Assembly (NCBI GenBank): GCA_035531555.1
Contig: DATKSR010000046.1
Span: 6,702-70,701, forward strand
Direction of reading: 5' to 3'
From: Candidatus Dormiibacterota bacterium
GTDB taxonomy: Bacteria > Chloroflexota > Dormibacteria > Aeolococcales > Bog-877
DNA: 64,000 bases
The notes under the pieces are model-generated. The model made no database searches, was not told the DNA's origin, and saw only the letters and a program-made list of their open reading frames with translations. Positions 1 through 7,994 of this stretch are shown here, piece after piece. Each line of letters begins with the position of its first letter. Position 1 is the first letter of the stretch. Position numbers and translations under genes: made by a program.

Positions 1-139
1 CCAGCGCCGCAACCGCCTGGCTGGCGCTGGGGTTGGAGCCGCAGCCCGCAAGGAGCACGAGCCCCGCTAGCAGCGTCGCGCCTGAAATCTTGCGCCCCCG
101 GCGGGGGGGGCTCAGCAGAGAACTGGGGGAGACGGACAA
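1..139 (-). CDS. Lipoprotein, N-terminal fragment (gene continues past window start)
   Basis: Frame not in ORF track. TTG at 139..137 then SVSPSSLLSPPRRGRKISGATLLAGLVLLAGCGSNPS: basic n-region, hydrophobic core, LAGC lipobox. Starts 10 nt after the pyrE stop. Confidence 0.4.
   Translation of the reverse strand, partial: MSVSPSSLLSPPRRGRKISGATLLAGLVLLAGCGSNPSASQAVAAL
103..110. repeat. G8/C8 homopolymer inside the signal-peptide coding region
   Basis: gcgggggggg at 101-110 read directly. Confidence 0.9.
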
Positions 140-149
140 GTCGCATGCC

Positions 150-737
150 TCATGCGGGGGGCGGCAGCGCCTGGCCGTCCGCCGTCAACAGGTCGCTCCG
201 CACGAACACTGAACGGGTCCGATAGCCGGCCGCCTCCAGCCGCTCCCGGCCCCCCTCCTCGCGGTCCAAGAGGGTGTACATCGCCACGACCCGGGCGCCC
301 GATGCGACAACTTTTTCCGCCGCCTGCAGCAGCGATCCGCCGGAGGTGAGGGCATCGTCCACTAGCGCCACCTGCTCCCCCGGTTCCGGAGTCGGTCCGG
401 CGCACCAACCGCCGGCACCGTGCTCCTTGACCTCCTTGCGGACGATGAAGGCGGATATCCGAGGACCTCGGTCAAGGGCGCTGCAGAGCGCCACTGCCGT
501 TACCATCGGGTCGGCACCGAGGGTCGGGCCTCCGATCTTGCCGACCCCGTCCTCGCGTGCGAACCGGAGCATGGCCCGGCCCACCAGCAAGGATCCCTCG
601 GGATCGAGCGTCACCAGCCGCCCGTCGAAGTAGTAAGGACTGCGGCGGCCACTAGTGAGCTGAAAGTCTCCGACCCGAAAGGCCCGGGTCACCATCAGGC
701 CCAGCAGCTGCCGTCGCTCCGACTCGTCCTGGCTCAC
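150..737 (-). CDS. pyrE: Orotate phosphoribosyltransferase
   Basis: ORF 150..761. SPYYFDGR and PRPP-binding VALVDDALTSGGS. Start moved to GTG 737, which overlaps the gcvPB stop (GTGA). Confidence 0.85.
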   Translation of the reverse strand: MSQDESERRQLLGLMVTRAFRVGDFQLTSGRRSPYYFDGRLVTLDPEGSLLVGRAMLRFAREDGVGKIGGPTLGADPMVTAVALCSALDRGPRISAFIVRKEVKEHGAGGWCAGPTPEPGEQVALVDDALTSGGSLLQAAEKVVASGARVVAMYTLLDREEGGRERLEAAGYRTRSVFVRSDLLTADGQALPPPA

Positions 738-2230
738 GCCGAGGGCGCATCCGGGCGCCACCGCAGCACCGGATGGCGCGCCGCGGTGACTTCGTCCACC
801 CGGCCCACCGGCGCCTGGTGGGGTGCCGTGTGCAGGATCTCCGGGTCCCGCCCACCCTCTTCCATGATCGCTCCCACAACCGCCGCCAGCTCGTCCAGCG
901 ATCGCTTGGACTCCGTTTCAGTCGGCTCGAACATCATCGCTTCGGGAACCGTCATCGGGAAATAGACAGTTGGTGGGTAGACCCCATAGTCGATCATTCG
1001 CTTGGCAATATCCAATGCGCGCAGGTCTGAGTACGGAGGCTTAGCTCGCTTCGGCGAAGCGACGAACTCGTGAAAAGAGTCTGCGTCAATGGCGACCGGG
1101 AGCCACGGGTCCAACCTGTGGCGTAGGTAGCGCGCGTTCAGCACCGCGTCGCGCGCGACTTGAGGAAGCCCACCGCCGTAGGCCCGAATGTACGCATAAG
1201 CGCGGACCAACATGCCAAAATTACCGTAAAAAGATCGCACTTTGCCAATGCTATTCGGACGTTGATAGTCCCAGGCGAAGCCGCCCGACGTGCGCTCGAT
1301 GCGGGGTACCGGAAGGAAATCTTCCAACTGGGCAGAGACGCCCACCGGGCCAGCTCCCGGGCCACCCCCTCCGTGCGGCGTGGAGAACGTCTTGTGAAGA
1401 TTCAGGTGAACCACGTCGAAGCCCATGTCGCCCGGTCGGGCCACGCCAACCAATGCATTGAGGTTGGCGCCGTCGTAATACAGCAGGGCACCAGCCGCGT
1501 GGGCGAGCCGCGCCATCTCCTCGATGTTGCGCTCAAAAATCCCCAGGGTGTTGGGATTTGTGAGCATCACGGCGGCCACATTTGGCCCCAACTTCGCCGC
1601 GAAGTCCTCGAGATCGACCGTGCCGTCAGACGCGCTGTGCACCGTTACTACCGTGAGTCCGCACTGGGCAGCGCTCGCGGGATTGGTTCCGTGCGCAGTG
1701 TCGGGAATGATGACCTCGGTACGCGCGTGATCTTCCTGACGCAGGTGGTACGCCTGGATCATCCGAAGGCCGGTCCATTCGCCGTGGGCGCCAGCGGCTG
1801 GTTGCAGGGAGACCGCCTGCATGCCCGTGATGTGGCACAGCATCTGCTCCAGGTCCCACATCAGCTCCAGCGCGCCCTGGATCGAATCCACCGGCTGGAG
1901 CGGGTGGATGTCCGCGAATCCGTCGAGCGCGGCTGCCTGCTCGTTGACGGCGGGGTTGTACTTCATCGTGCACGACCCCAGCGGATAGGCGCCTTGCTGC
2001 AGGTTGTGGTTGCGCCGCCCGAGCCGTCCGAAATGCCGCGCTAAGTCGGGCTCGTTCACAGCGGGGATCTCGGCCCTGCGCCGGCGCCGCCAGATGGACG
2101 GCAGTGCCTCCGCCAGACCGGGCCCGTCGACGCCCGCCGCGGGAAGCATCGGACCTGGGCTGTCCCGACCGGTCAGCTCAAAGAGCAGCGGCTCGGGTCC
2201 CGCCCACGTTGGCTCGGGCGTCAGGCTCAA
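734..2230 (-). CDS. gcvPB: Glycine dehydrogenase (decarboxylating) subunit 2
   Basis: C-terminal ~498 aa of ORF 734..2695 (EPLLFELTG, GSCTMKYNP, LHKTFSTPHGGGGPG). The first 155 aa of the ORF overlap gcvPA and look non-coding. TTG 2230 overlaps the gcvPA stop (TTGA). Confidence 0.85.
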   Translation of the reverse strand: MSLTPEPTWAGPEPLLFELTGRDSPGPMLPAAGVDGPGLAEALPSIWRRRRRAEIPAVNEPDLARHFGRLGRRNHNLQQGAYPLGSCTMKYNPAVNEQAAALDGFADIHPLQPVDSIQGALELMWDLEQMLCHITGMQAVSLQPAAGAHGEWTGLRMIQAYHLRQEDHARTEVIIPDTAHGTNPASAAQCGLTVVTVHSASDGTVDLEDFAAKLGPNVAAVMLTNPNTLGIFERNIEEMARLAHAAGALLYYDGANLNALVGVARPGDMGFDVVHLNLHKTFSTPHGGGGPGAGPVGVSAQLEDFLPVPRIERTSGGFAWDYQRPNSIGKVRSFYGNFGMLVRAYAYIRAYGGGLPQVARDAVLNARYLRHRLDPWLPVAIDADSFHEFVASPKRAKPPYSDLRALDIAKRMIDYGVYPPTVYFPMTVPEAMMFEPTETESKRSLDELAAVVGAIMEEGGRDPEILHTAPHQAPVGRVDEVTAARHPVLRWRPDAPSA

Positions 2231-3600
2231 GTCCGGACCCCCACCGGAAGGCTCGCGGCCGACACCCGGCCAAGGCGGGTGATCAGCCGGTCGATGGCGG
2301 CGGGTGAGGTCATCTCGGTGGTGCAAACCAGAAGGCAGCGGTCGAGCTCCGAATCGACCGCGCCTAGAGGGTAGCCGGCCAGAATGCCCTCGCGGGCCAG
2401 CTCGCGGGCCAGCGACTCGGCCACGACCGGGGTCTCTATGACGAACTCCCAGAGAAAGTCGCGGTCTGGGAACTTCAGGCCGAATCCCGGGATCTGCTGG
2501 AGCCGTGCGGCGAGATGGTGGGCTCGGCGGTAGGAGATGTCGGCCACGGCGCGCAGGCCGGGCTCGCCCATCTTGGCCAGGTAAGCGGTGGCGGCCAGCG
2601 CCATCAGGGCGTGATTGGTGCAGATGTTGGACGTCGCCCGCTCGCGGCGGATGTGTTGTTCGCGGGTCTGCAGGGTCAGGCAGAAGGCGCGGCATCCCCG
2701 AGAGTCGGTGGTCATCCCCACCAGACGCCCGGGGATGCGGCGGATCAGTTCATCGCGGCAGGCGAGCAGGCCGACCGTCGGTCCTCCGAGCTGGGGCGGG
2801 ATCCCCAGTTGCTGGCCGTCGGCGGCGACTAGGTCAGCTCCCAGCGCCCCGGGTGGCTCGACCACCGCCGCCGCAATTGGGTCCGCCACCACCAGGGCCA
2901 GAGCTCCTGCCTGGTGCGCCAGCTCAACCAGTTCCGCCACCGGTTCCAGCAGTCCCAAGAAATTGGGCTGGGACACGACCACCACCGCTGGATCACCGTC
3001 CGAGAGGGCCGTGCGCACGCTGTCCAGGTCAGTGACTCCACCGTGCTGGGGAAGCTGAACCAGCTCCGCCCCCCGGCCAGAGATGTACGTCTTGAGCACT
3101 GCCAGCACTTCAGGGTGAAGCGTGGAGGCGGCCAGCACTCGGGGCCTGCCGGTGTGCAAGGTTGCCAGCAGCGCACCCTCAGCGGTGGCGGTGGCCACGT
3201 CGTACATCGAGGCGTTGGCGACGTCGAGATGGAAGAGCTCCGCCACCATCGACTGGAACTCGAAGATCGACTGGAGGTAGCCCTGGCTGGCCTCTGCCTG
3301 GTACGGGGTGTACGCGGTGTAGAACTCAGGGCGCCCGATCGTGGCCCGCACGATCGCCGGGATGAACCGGGAGTAGACCCCCGCCCCCAGAAAGCAGTCC
3401 CACTGCGACAGCGGCCGGTTGCGCCCGGCAAGCCGGCGCATCTCCGAAATCAGATCTAGCTCGGAGAGGGGTGGAGCCAGCTCCAGCTTTGGATCGCGCA
3501 GCCCCACGGGGACATCGCGAAACAGCTCGTCGACGGAGTTCAAGCCCAGGGCGGAGAGCATCTCCGCTCGATCTGAGTCCGAATTTGGAAGATAGGCCAT
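2227..3600 (-). CDS. gcvPA: Glycine dehydrogenase (decarboxylating) subunit 1
   Basis: ORF 2227..3729. Start moved to ATG 3600 (MAYLPNSDSDRAEMLSALG, typical GcvPA N-terminus). Confidence 0.85.
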   Translation of the reverse strand: MAYLPNSDSDRAEMLSALGLNSVDELFRDVPVGLRDPKLELAPPLSELDLISEMRRLAGRNRPLSQWDCFLGAGVYSRFIPAIVRATIGRPEFYTAYTPYQAEASQGYLQSIFEFQSMVAELFHLDVANASMYDVATATAEGALLATLHTGRPRVLAASTLHPEVLAVLKTYISGRGAELVQLPQHGGVTDLDSVRTALSDGDPAVVVVSQPNFLGLLEPVAELVELAHQAGALALVVADPIAAAVVEPPGALGADLVAADGQQLGIPPQLGGPTVGLLACRDELIRRIPGRLVGMTTDSRGCRAFCLTLQTREQHIRRERATSNICTNHALMALAATAYLAKMGEPGLRAVADISYRRAHHLAARLQQIPGFGLKFPDRDFLWEFVIETPVVAESLARELAREGILAGYPLGAVDSELDRCLLVCTTEMTSPAAIDRLITRLGRVSAASLPVGVRT

Positions 3601-3635
3601 GAAAAGGCTGGCGCCCCCGCTGAGAAGTCCGACCG

Positions 3636-4025
3636 CTAGTGCGAATCCGCCTGCGCGAACGAATCGTACGCGGCGGAATCCAGGAGATCGGCCGGTAGAT
3701 CTCCCGCGACGCGAACTCGGATCAGCCATCCCTTGCCGTGCGGGTCCTGATTGACCAGTTCGGGCGAGGCGCTGACTTCGGCGTTGACGGCGACGACCTC
3801 ACCGCTTACCGGCGAGTAGAGATCACTGGCCGCCTTGACCGATTCCACCGCCCCGAAGCGGGTACCGGCAACGACCATGGCCCCCAGCTTCGGCAGCTCG
3901 AGGAAAATCACGTCTCCGAGTTGGGACTGCGCGTGGTCGGTGATCCCCACCACCACTTCTCCCGGGGCTGCTTCGTGGACCCACTCGTGGGTCTTCGTGA
4001 AGCGATACGCGCTCAAGTCGGGCAC
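3636..4025 (-). CDS. gcvH: Glycine cleavage system H protein
   Basis: 129 aa, lipoyl-lysine motif VESVKAASDLYSPVSGEV. Lies between gcvT and gcvP. Confidence 0.9.
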   Translation of the reverse strand: MPDLSAYRFTKTHEWVHEAAPGEVVVGITDHAQSQLGDVIFLELPKLGAMVVAGTRFGAVESVKAASDLYSPVSGEVVAVNAEVSASPELVNQDPHGKGWLIRVRVAGDLPADLLDSAAYDSFAQADSH

Positions 4026-4058
4026 CAGCTCTCCTCCCGTTCCTTCCAGCCCGCTCCG

Positions 4059-5168
4059 TCAGCTCTCGGGTCGTTTGTAGAAAGGTAGCGGTACAACCGG
4101 CGCCACCGCCCACTGCTGCGGGTCGGCTCGCAGCTGGATCCGCAGTTCGGTGCCCGGCTCAGCTTTGCCGGGCTCGACGTAGCCCATCGCCAGTCCGGCG
4201 CCGACGGTGAATCCGAACGAGCCGCTGGTCACCTCACCGATCTGGCGCGAGCCCTGATAGATCGGATGACCGTGACGGGGGATCTCTCTTGGGCCAAGCT
4301 TCATCCCGATGAAGGCTCGGGGCGGGGCGGCCGCGATCGCGGCAAGCGCCTCGCTGCCGACGAACAGGCCCTTGGCCGGCTTCACCACCCAGCCCAGTCC
4401 GGCGCTGAGTGGATCTCCCTTCTCGTCGATGTCCTGACCGTACAGTCGAAATCCGGCCTCCAGGCGAAGGGTGTCGCGCGCCCCCAGCCCGGCGGCGACC
4501 AGGCCGTGTTGAGTGCCTGCTTCAAGCAGCTCCGACCACAGCCGCTCGGCTTCGCCTGCACTGGCATACAGTTCGAACCCGTCCTCACCGGTGTACCCGG
4601 TTCGAGAGACCCGGACCGCCACCCCCGCCACCTGGCCAAACCGGTGGTGGTAGTAACGGATCGACGCCAGGTCCTGATCCCTGCTGAGTGACTGCACGAT
4701 CCGTGTGGCCTGCGGGCCCTGGACAGCGAGGAGAACGATTTTATCAGAAACATCCTCGATCTTGGCGTCATAGCCGGCCAGACACCGCCGCATCCACTCC
4801 AGGTCGACGTCCCGGCGGGCCGCGTTGACGACACACATGAAGTCGTCCTGGTCGCGGTACACCAGGAGATCGTCGACGATGCCGCCGTCTGAATGGCACA
4901 TCACGGTGTAGAGCGCACGCCCGGGAGTTAGCTTGGAGACATCGTTGGTTACTAGCCGCTGCAGGAAGTCAAGGGCTCCAGGCCCGGTGACGTTGACCTC
5001 CCCCATGTGAGAGACGTCAAAGAGGCCGGCCCGCTCCCGCACCGCCACATGTTCCCCGCGAATCGAGCCGTAGTGGAGTGGCATCGAGTAGCCGGCGAAC
5101 GGCACCATCTGGCCCCCGAGTGCCCGATGGACCTGGTCGAGCGCGACGTTCTTGATTCCGCCAGTCAT
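4059..5168 (-). CDS. gcvT: Aminomethyltransferase (glycine cleavage T protein)
   Basis: 369 aa: GYSMPLHYGS, FDVSHMG, RTGYTGEDGFE. Confidence 0.9.
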   Translation of the reverse strand: MTGGIKNVALDQVHRALGGQMVPFAGYSMPLHYGSIRGEHVAVRERAGLFDVSHMGEVNVTGPGALDFLQRLVTNDVSKLTPGRALYTVMCHSDGGIVDDLLVYRDQDDFMCVVNAARRDVDLEWMRRCLAGYDAKIEDVSDKIVLLAVQGPQATRIVQSLSRDQDLASIRYYHHRFGQVAGVAVRVSRTGYTGEDGFELYASAGEAERLWSELLEAGTQHGLVAAGLGARDTLRLEAGFRLYGQDIDEKGDPLSAGLGWVVKPAKGLFVGSEALAAIAAAPPRAFIGMKLGPREIPRHGHPIYQGSRQIGEVTSGSFGFTVGAGLAMGYVEPGKAEPGTELRIQLRADPQQWAVAPVVPLPFYKRPES

Positions 5169-5779
5169 GAGCCTTCGATCTCCCCTAGGATGCCCATCAG
5201 TTCGACGTCGTGCTGTGACCGAGCTTCGTCCACCGCTCGCCGCAGCTGCGCCACTCTGGCCACTGGCCAGCTCATATGAGCCGCGAGCTGCAGGTCGGTC
5301 GGGGCGGTCGCCGAGTTGAGCCGCAACTCCGCCTCTGCGGCGAAGAGCCGCTCCGCGTCAGCGGCCCAGCGCAGGTCCTCCAAACGGGCTGCTTCCTCGT
5401 CGGCGGTCAGAGAATCCATCACCTGGCCGACCGCCTGCCGCACCCGACCCCGGAACTGGTCGGGCGACAGCGGGTGGCTGGGGTCGAGGCCATGGACGAC
5501 CGTGACCAAGGCGGTGCTCCCTTCCTGGAAGAGGTCCTCTAAAGGAAGGGTCTCCGACTGGTGGGCCTCGGCCGCCTGGAGGACGACCCACAGGGACCCC
5601 TCCACCAGTTGCTGGGCACTGTCAGGGGTCGAGCCTGCTGCCGGGGGTCTGGAGAGGAGCTCCGTCAGCCGCTCCTCGGTGAGACGCGGGAATCCAGCAA
5701 CCAGCTGGTGCACGCTCTGAGGCGTCGCCAAGGCATCCGCCTCCACCTCGGAATCCGACTTCGCTCGGCCCCTGACCAC
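5165..5779 (-). CDS. Sigma-70-like protein, regions 1.2-3.0 only, no region 4
   Basis: 204 aa. LVEGSLWVVLQAAEA, DLFQEGSTALVTVV, FRGRVRQAV and TDLQLAAHMSWPVARVAQLRRAV line up with sigma-70 regions 2.1, 2.2, 2.3/2.4 and 3.0. ATGA overlap with gcvT. Confidence 0.5.
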   Translation of the reverse strand: MVRGRAKSDSEVEADALATPQSVHQLVAGFPRLTEERLTELLSRPPAAGSTPDSAQQLVEGSLWVVLQAAEAHQSETLPLEDLFQEGSTALVTVVHGLDPSHPLSPDQFRGRVRQAVGQVMDSLTADEEAARLEDLRWAADAERLFAAEAELRLNSATAPTDLQLAAHMSWPVARVAQLRRAVDEARSQHDVELMGILGEIEGS

Positions 5780-5785
5780 GCCCCG

Positions 5786-5791
5786 AGTATA
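5786..5791 (-). promoter_or_regulatory. -10 box TATACT, 6 nt upstream of GTG 5779 (leaderless-type)
   Basis: agtata on the plus strand read directly. Spacing fits a TSS at the start codon. Confidence 0.4.
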
Positions 5792-5837
5792 GGAGCGGTC
5801 GCCGCCTTCCCCGGAACCTTGAATACGCCAACACCCG

Positions 5838-5843
5838 TAAACT
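5838..5843 (+). promoter_or_regulatory. -10 box TAAACT, 6 nt upstream of zwf GTG 5850 (leaderless-type)
   Basis: Read directly. No Shine-Dalgarno sequence between the box and the start. Confidence 0.4.
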
Positions 5844-5849
5844 CGGCCT

Positions 5850-7319
5850 GTGGCTCCAAGTCGCCTCCGCGTGCCCCCTGATCAGGACCTGCTGGTGTTC
5901 GGCGCCACCGGCGATTTGGCCCAGCGCAAGCTTCTTCCGGCCCTCTATGAACTCAGCTTGCAGGGCCTACTGCCACGCAAGTGCGACATTTTGGGAACCG
6001 CCACTAAAGAGCTTGGCGATCACGGATTCCGGCAGATCGCCGAGCAAGCGGTAAAGCAGTTCGCCAGGACAGCGTTCGATCGAGCAGGATTCGCGGAGTT
6101 CGCCAAACGGCTCCGCTACATCACCACGACCCACGACCAGGTGGGCACGGGAGCCAAGCTGGCGAAGGCCCTGCGGCAGCCTCGCCGACTTATCTATCTC
6201 GCCGTCCCTCCGTCCGCCTTTGTCACGATTCTCCAGGAGTTGAAGGGAGCCGGACTGGCCAAGGGTTCCTCAGTGATCATCGAGAAACCGTTCGGGCATG
6301 ACCTCAAGTCCGCCGTGGAGCTCAACGTAGCCCTGCACAAGACTGTCCCCGAGGAGCGGATCTTCCGCATCGACCATTACCTCGGCAAGGAAACAGTTCA
6401 GAATCTCCTGGTTTTTCGCTTCGGGAACACCCTGGTGGAGAGAATCTGGAACCGCGATGTGGTGGACCAGGTTCAGCTGACAGTGGCGGAGGATCTCGGT
6501 ATCGAGAGCCGCGGTCGCCTTTATGAGGAGACCGGAGCGATCCGGGACATCTTCCAGAACCACCTTCTACAGTTGCTCGCCTTGACCTGCATGTCGCCGC
6601 CTAGCTCGTTCGACCCGGAGGCCCTGCGCGACGAGAAGGTCAAGGTGCTCAACTCAATTCGCCCTGTCCGCCCGAGCGAGGTGATCCGGGGACAGTACAC
6701 CAGGGGCTCTGTCAACGGCACCACCATGCCCGGCTATCGCGAGGTCGACGGCGTGTCGCCCGACTCCACCACCGAGACCTACGTGGCGATGCGGCTGAAC
6801 GTCGATACCTGGGACTGGGCGGGCGTGCCCTTCTACCTCCGCTGCGGCAAGGCGCTCTGCATCCGGCGGACGGAGATCATGCTCTTCTGCCGCGATGTGC
6901 CGCTACACCTATTTGAAGGCACCGGGATCGAGCACCTCACCCCGAATCGGGTGACCATCCGGATTCAGCCAGAGGAGGGGATCTCCTTCTCGTTCATGGC
7001 CAAGCAGCCGGGAGCCACGGTGGTCGAGCAGCCGGTGCGGATGGATTTCTCCTACGGGCAGTCCTTCAAGACAGAACCGGCCGAAGCCTATGAGCGGCTC
7101 CTGCACGACGCCCTCCTGGGAGACCACACCCTTTTTATCCGCCAGGACGAGACCGAAGCCGCCTGGGCCGCTTTGGAGCCGGTCTTGGAGAACATGCCCA
7201 GGGTCAAGTTCTACCCAGCGGGCAGCGAGGGGCCGGAGTCGGCCAATTCGCTTCTCCTGTCGGGAGAGTGGCACGACCTCGCGCACCACAACACCGAGCC
7301 CGGAGATCTAGCGAGCTGA
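5850..7319 (+). CDS. zwf: Glucose-6-phosphate dehydrogenase
   Basis: 489 aa. FGATGDLAQRKLLPALY NADP site and RIDHYLGKE active-site motif. Confidence 0.95.
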   Translation: MAPSRLRVPPDQDLLVFGATGDLAQRKLLPALYELSLQGLLPRKCDILGTATKELGDHGFRQIAEQAVKQFARTAFDRAGFAEFAKRLRYITTTHDQVGTGAKLAKALRQPRRLIYLAVPPSAFVTILQELKGAGLAKGSSVIIEKPFGHDLKSAVELNVALHKTVPEERIFRIDHYLGKETVQNLLVFRFGNTLVERIWNRDVVDQVQLTVAEDLGIESRGRLYEETGAIRDIFQNHLLQLLALTCMSPPSSFDPEALRDEKVKVLNSIRPVRPSEVIRGQYTRGSVNGTTMPGYREVDGVSPDSTTETYVAMRLNVDTWDWAGVPFYLRCGKALCIRRTEIMLFCRDVPLHLFEGTGIEHLTPNRVTIRIQPEEGISFSFMAKQPGATVVEQPVRMDFSYGQSFKTEPAEAYERLLHDALLGDHTLFIRQDETEAAWAALEPVLENMPRVKFYPAGSEGPESANSLLLSGEWHDLAHHNTEPGDLAS

Positions 7320-7323
7320 GGCG

Positions 7324-7926
7324 CTAGGCGGCTCCCGTTCTCGCCGGGACCAGGTCTGGAACCAGCTGATCCGCCTCGATCCAGCCCTCTTGGACCAAGT
7401 CGCCCGTCCCCGCCCGGACTCGCACCCAGCGACCCGTCTGCTGCAGCGCCACCAGTGGACTGGCCGGCCGCACCGGCACGGTTCGCTGGGCCCCGTAGTC
7501 GGGACCGGAGAATAGGGGGTATCCGGTTCCAGCCCAACTCTGGACCACCGTGCACGGTCCGGGCGGGATCGTCCGAAGTCGGTAGACGGTGGCCGTGTCG
7601 CGCTCTCCACGGGTTAGGATTCGCAGCAGGTTGACAGCCCGGATGGTTGCACTGCGCTGGCCCTGGGCGACTATGGTCAGCTCCGTGCCTTGGGCGGTCG
7701 CGTGGCACTCGATCCGCACCTTGGTTTTGGGGCGTTTCACCTTGCTCCACTGTCCGAAGAATCCGTTGGCCAGTACCTGGGCGACCTCGGCTGTGTGGTC
7801 GTCGATGATCCGGAAGCTGAACGGCGGCAACGCCATCAGCTGCTCCGCGAGAGCGAACACCTCGCGCGGTGGGGTATATACGGTCGTGACCCAGCGGTTG
7901 GTGCGCGGCCTCCCGAGGTAGAGCAT
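7324..7926 (-). CDS. Hypothetical protein with SH3-like C-terminus
   Basis: 200 aa, balanced composition. C-terminal GRWVRVRAGTGDLVQEGWIEADQL resembles the bacterial SH3 pattern. Confidence 0.5.
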   Translation of the reverse strand: MLYLGRPRTNRWVTTVYTPPREVFALAEQLMALPPFSFRIIDDHTAEVAQVLANGFFGQWSKVKRPKTKVRIECHATAQGTELTIVAQGQRSATIRAVNLLRILTRGERDTATVYRLRTIPPGPCTVVQSWAGTGYPLFSGPDYGAQRTVPVRPASPLVALQQTGRWVRVRAGTGDLVQEGWIEADQLVPDLVPARTGAA

Positions 7927-7994
7927 GCTCAGATTCTAGGCTGGCGCCCGCGGTCATCGGTCAGCATCCGAGGCCGAGCCGGAGGCTCTCTCAA

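Noticed and set aside
734-2695. Long N-terminal extensions in ORF-track entries (734-2695, 2227-3729, 21051-22493, 25890-27620, 34866-37235, 46461-47804, 58194-59087, 58800-59972, 61544-63073).
   Set aside because: The extensions overlap neighbouring genes, are Pro/Arg/Gly-rich and precede the conserved N-termini. Shorter starts with SD sequences or stop/start overlaps were chosen instead.
5780-5849. Looked for a glycine riboswitch upstream of the gcv operon.
   Set aside because: Only 70 bp of intergenic DNA, with no GGAGAG...ACCGAAGGGGCAA-type elements on the minus strand, either here or inside 5165-5779.
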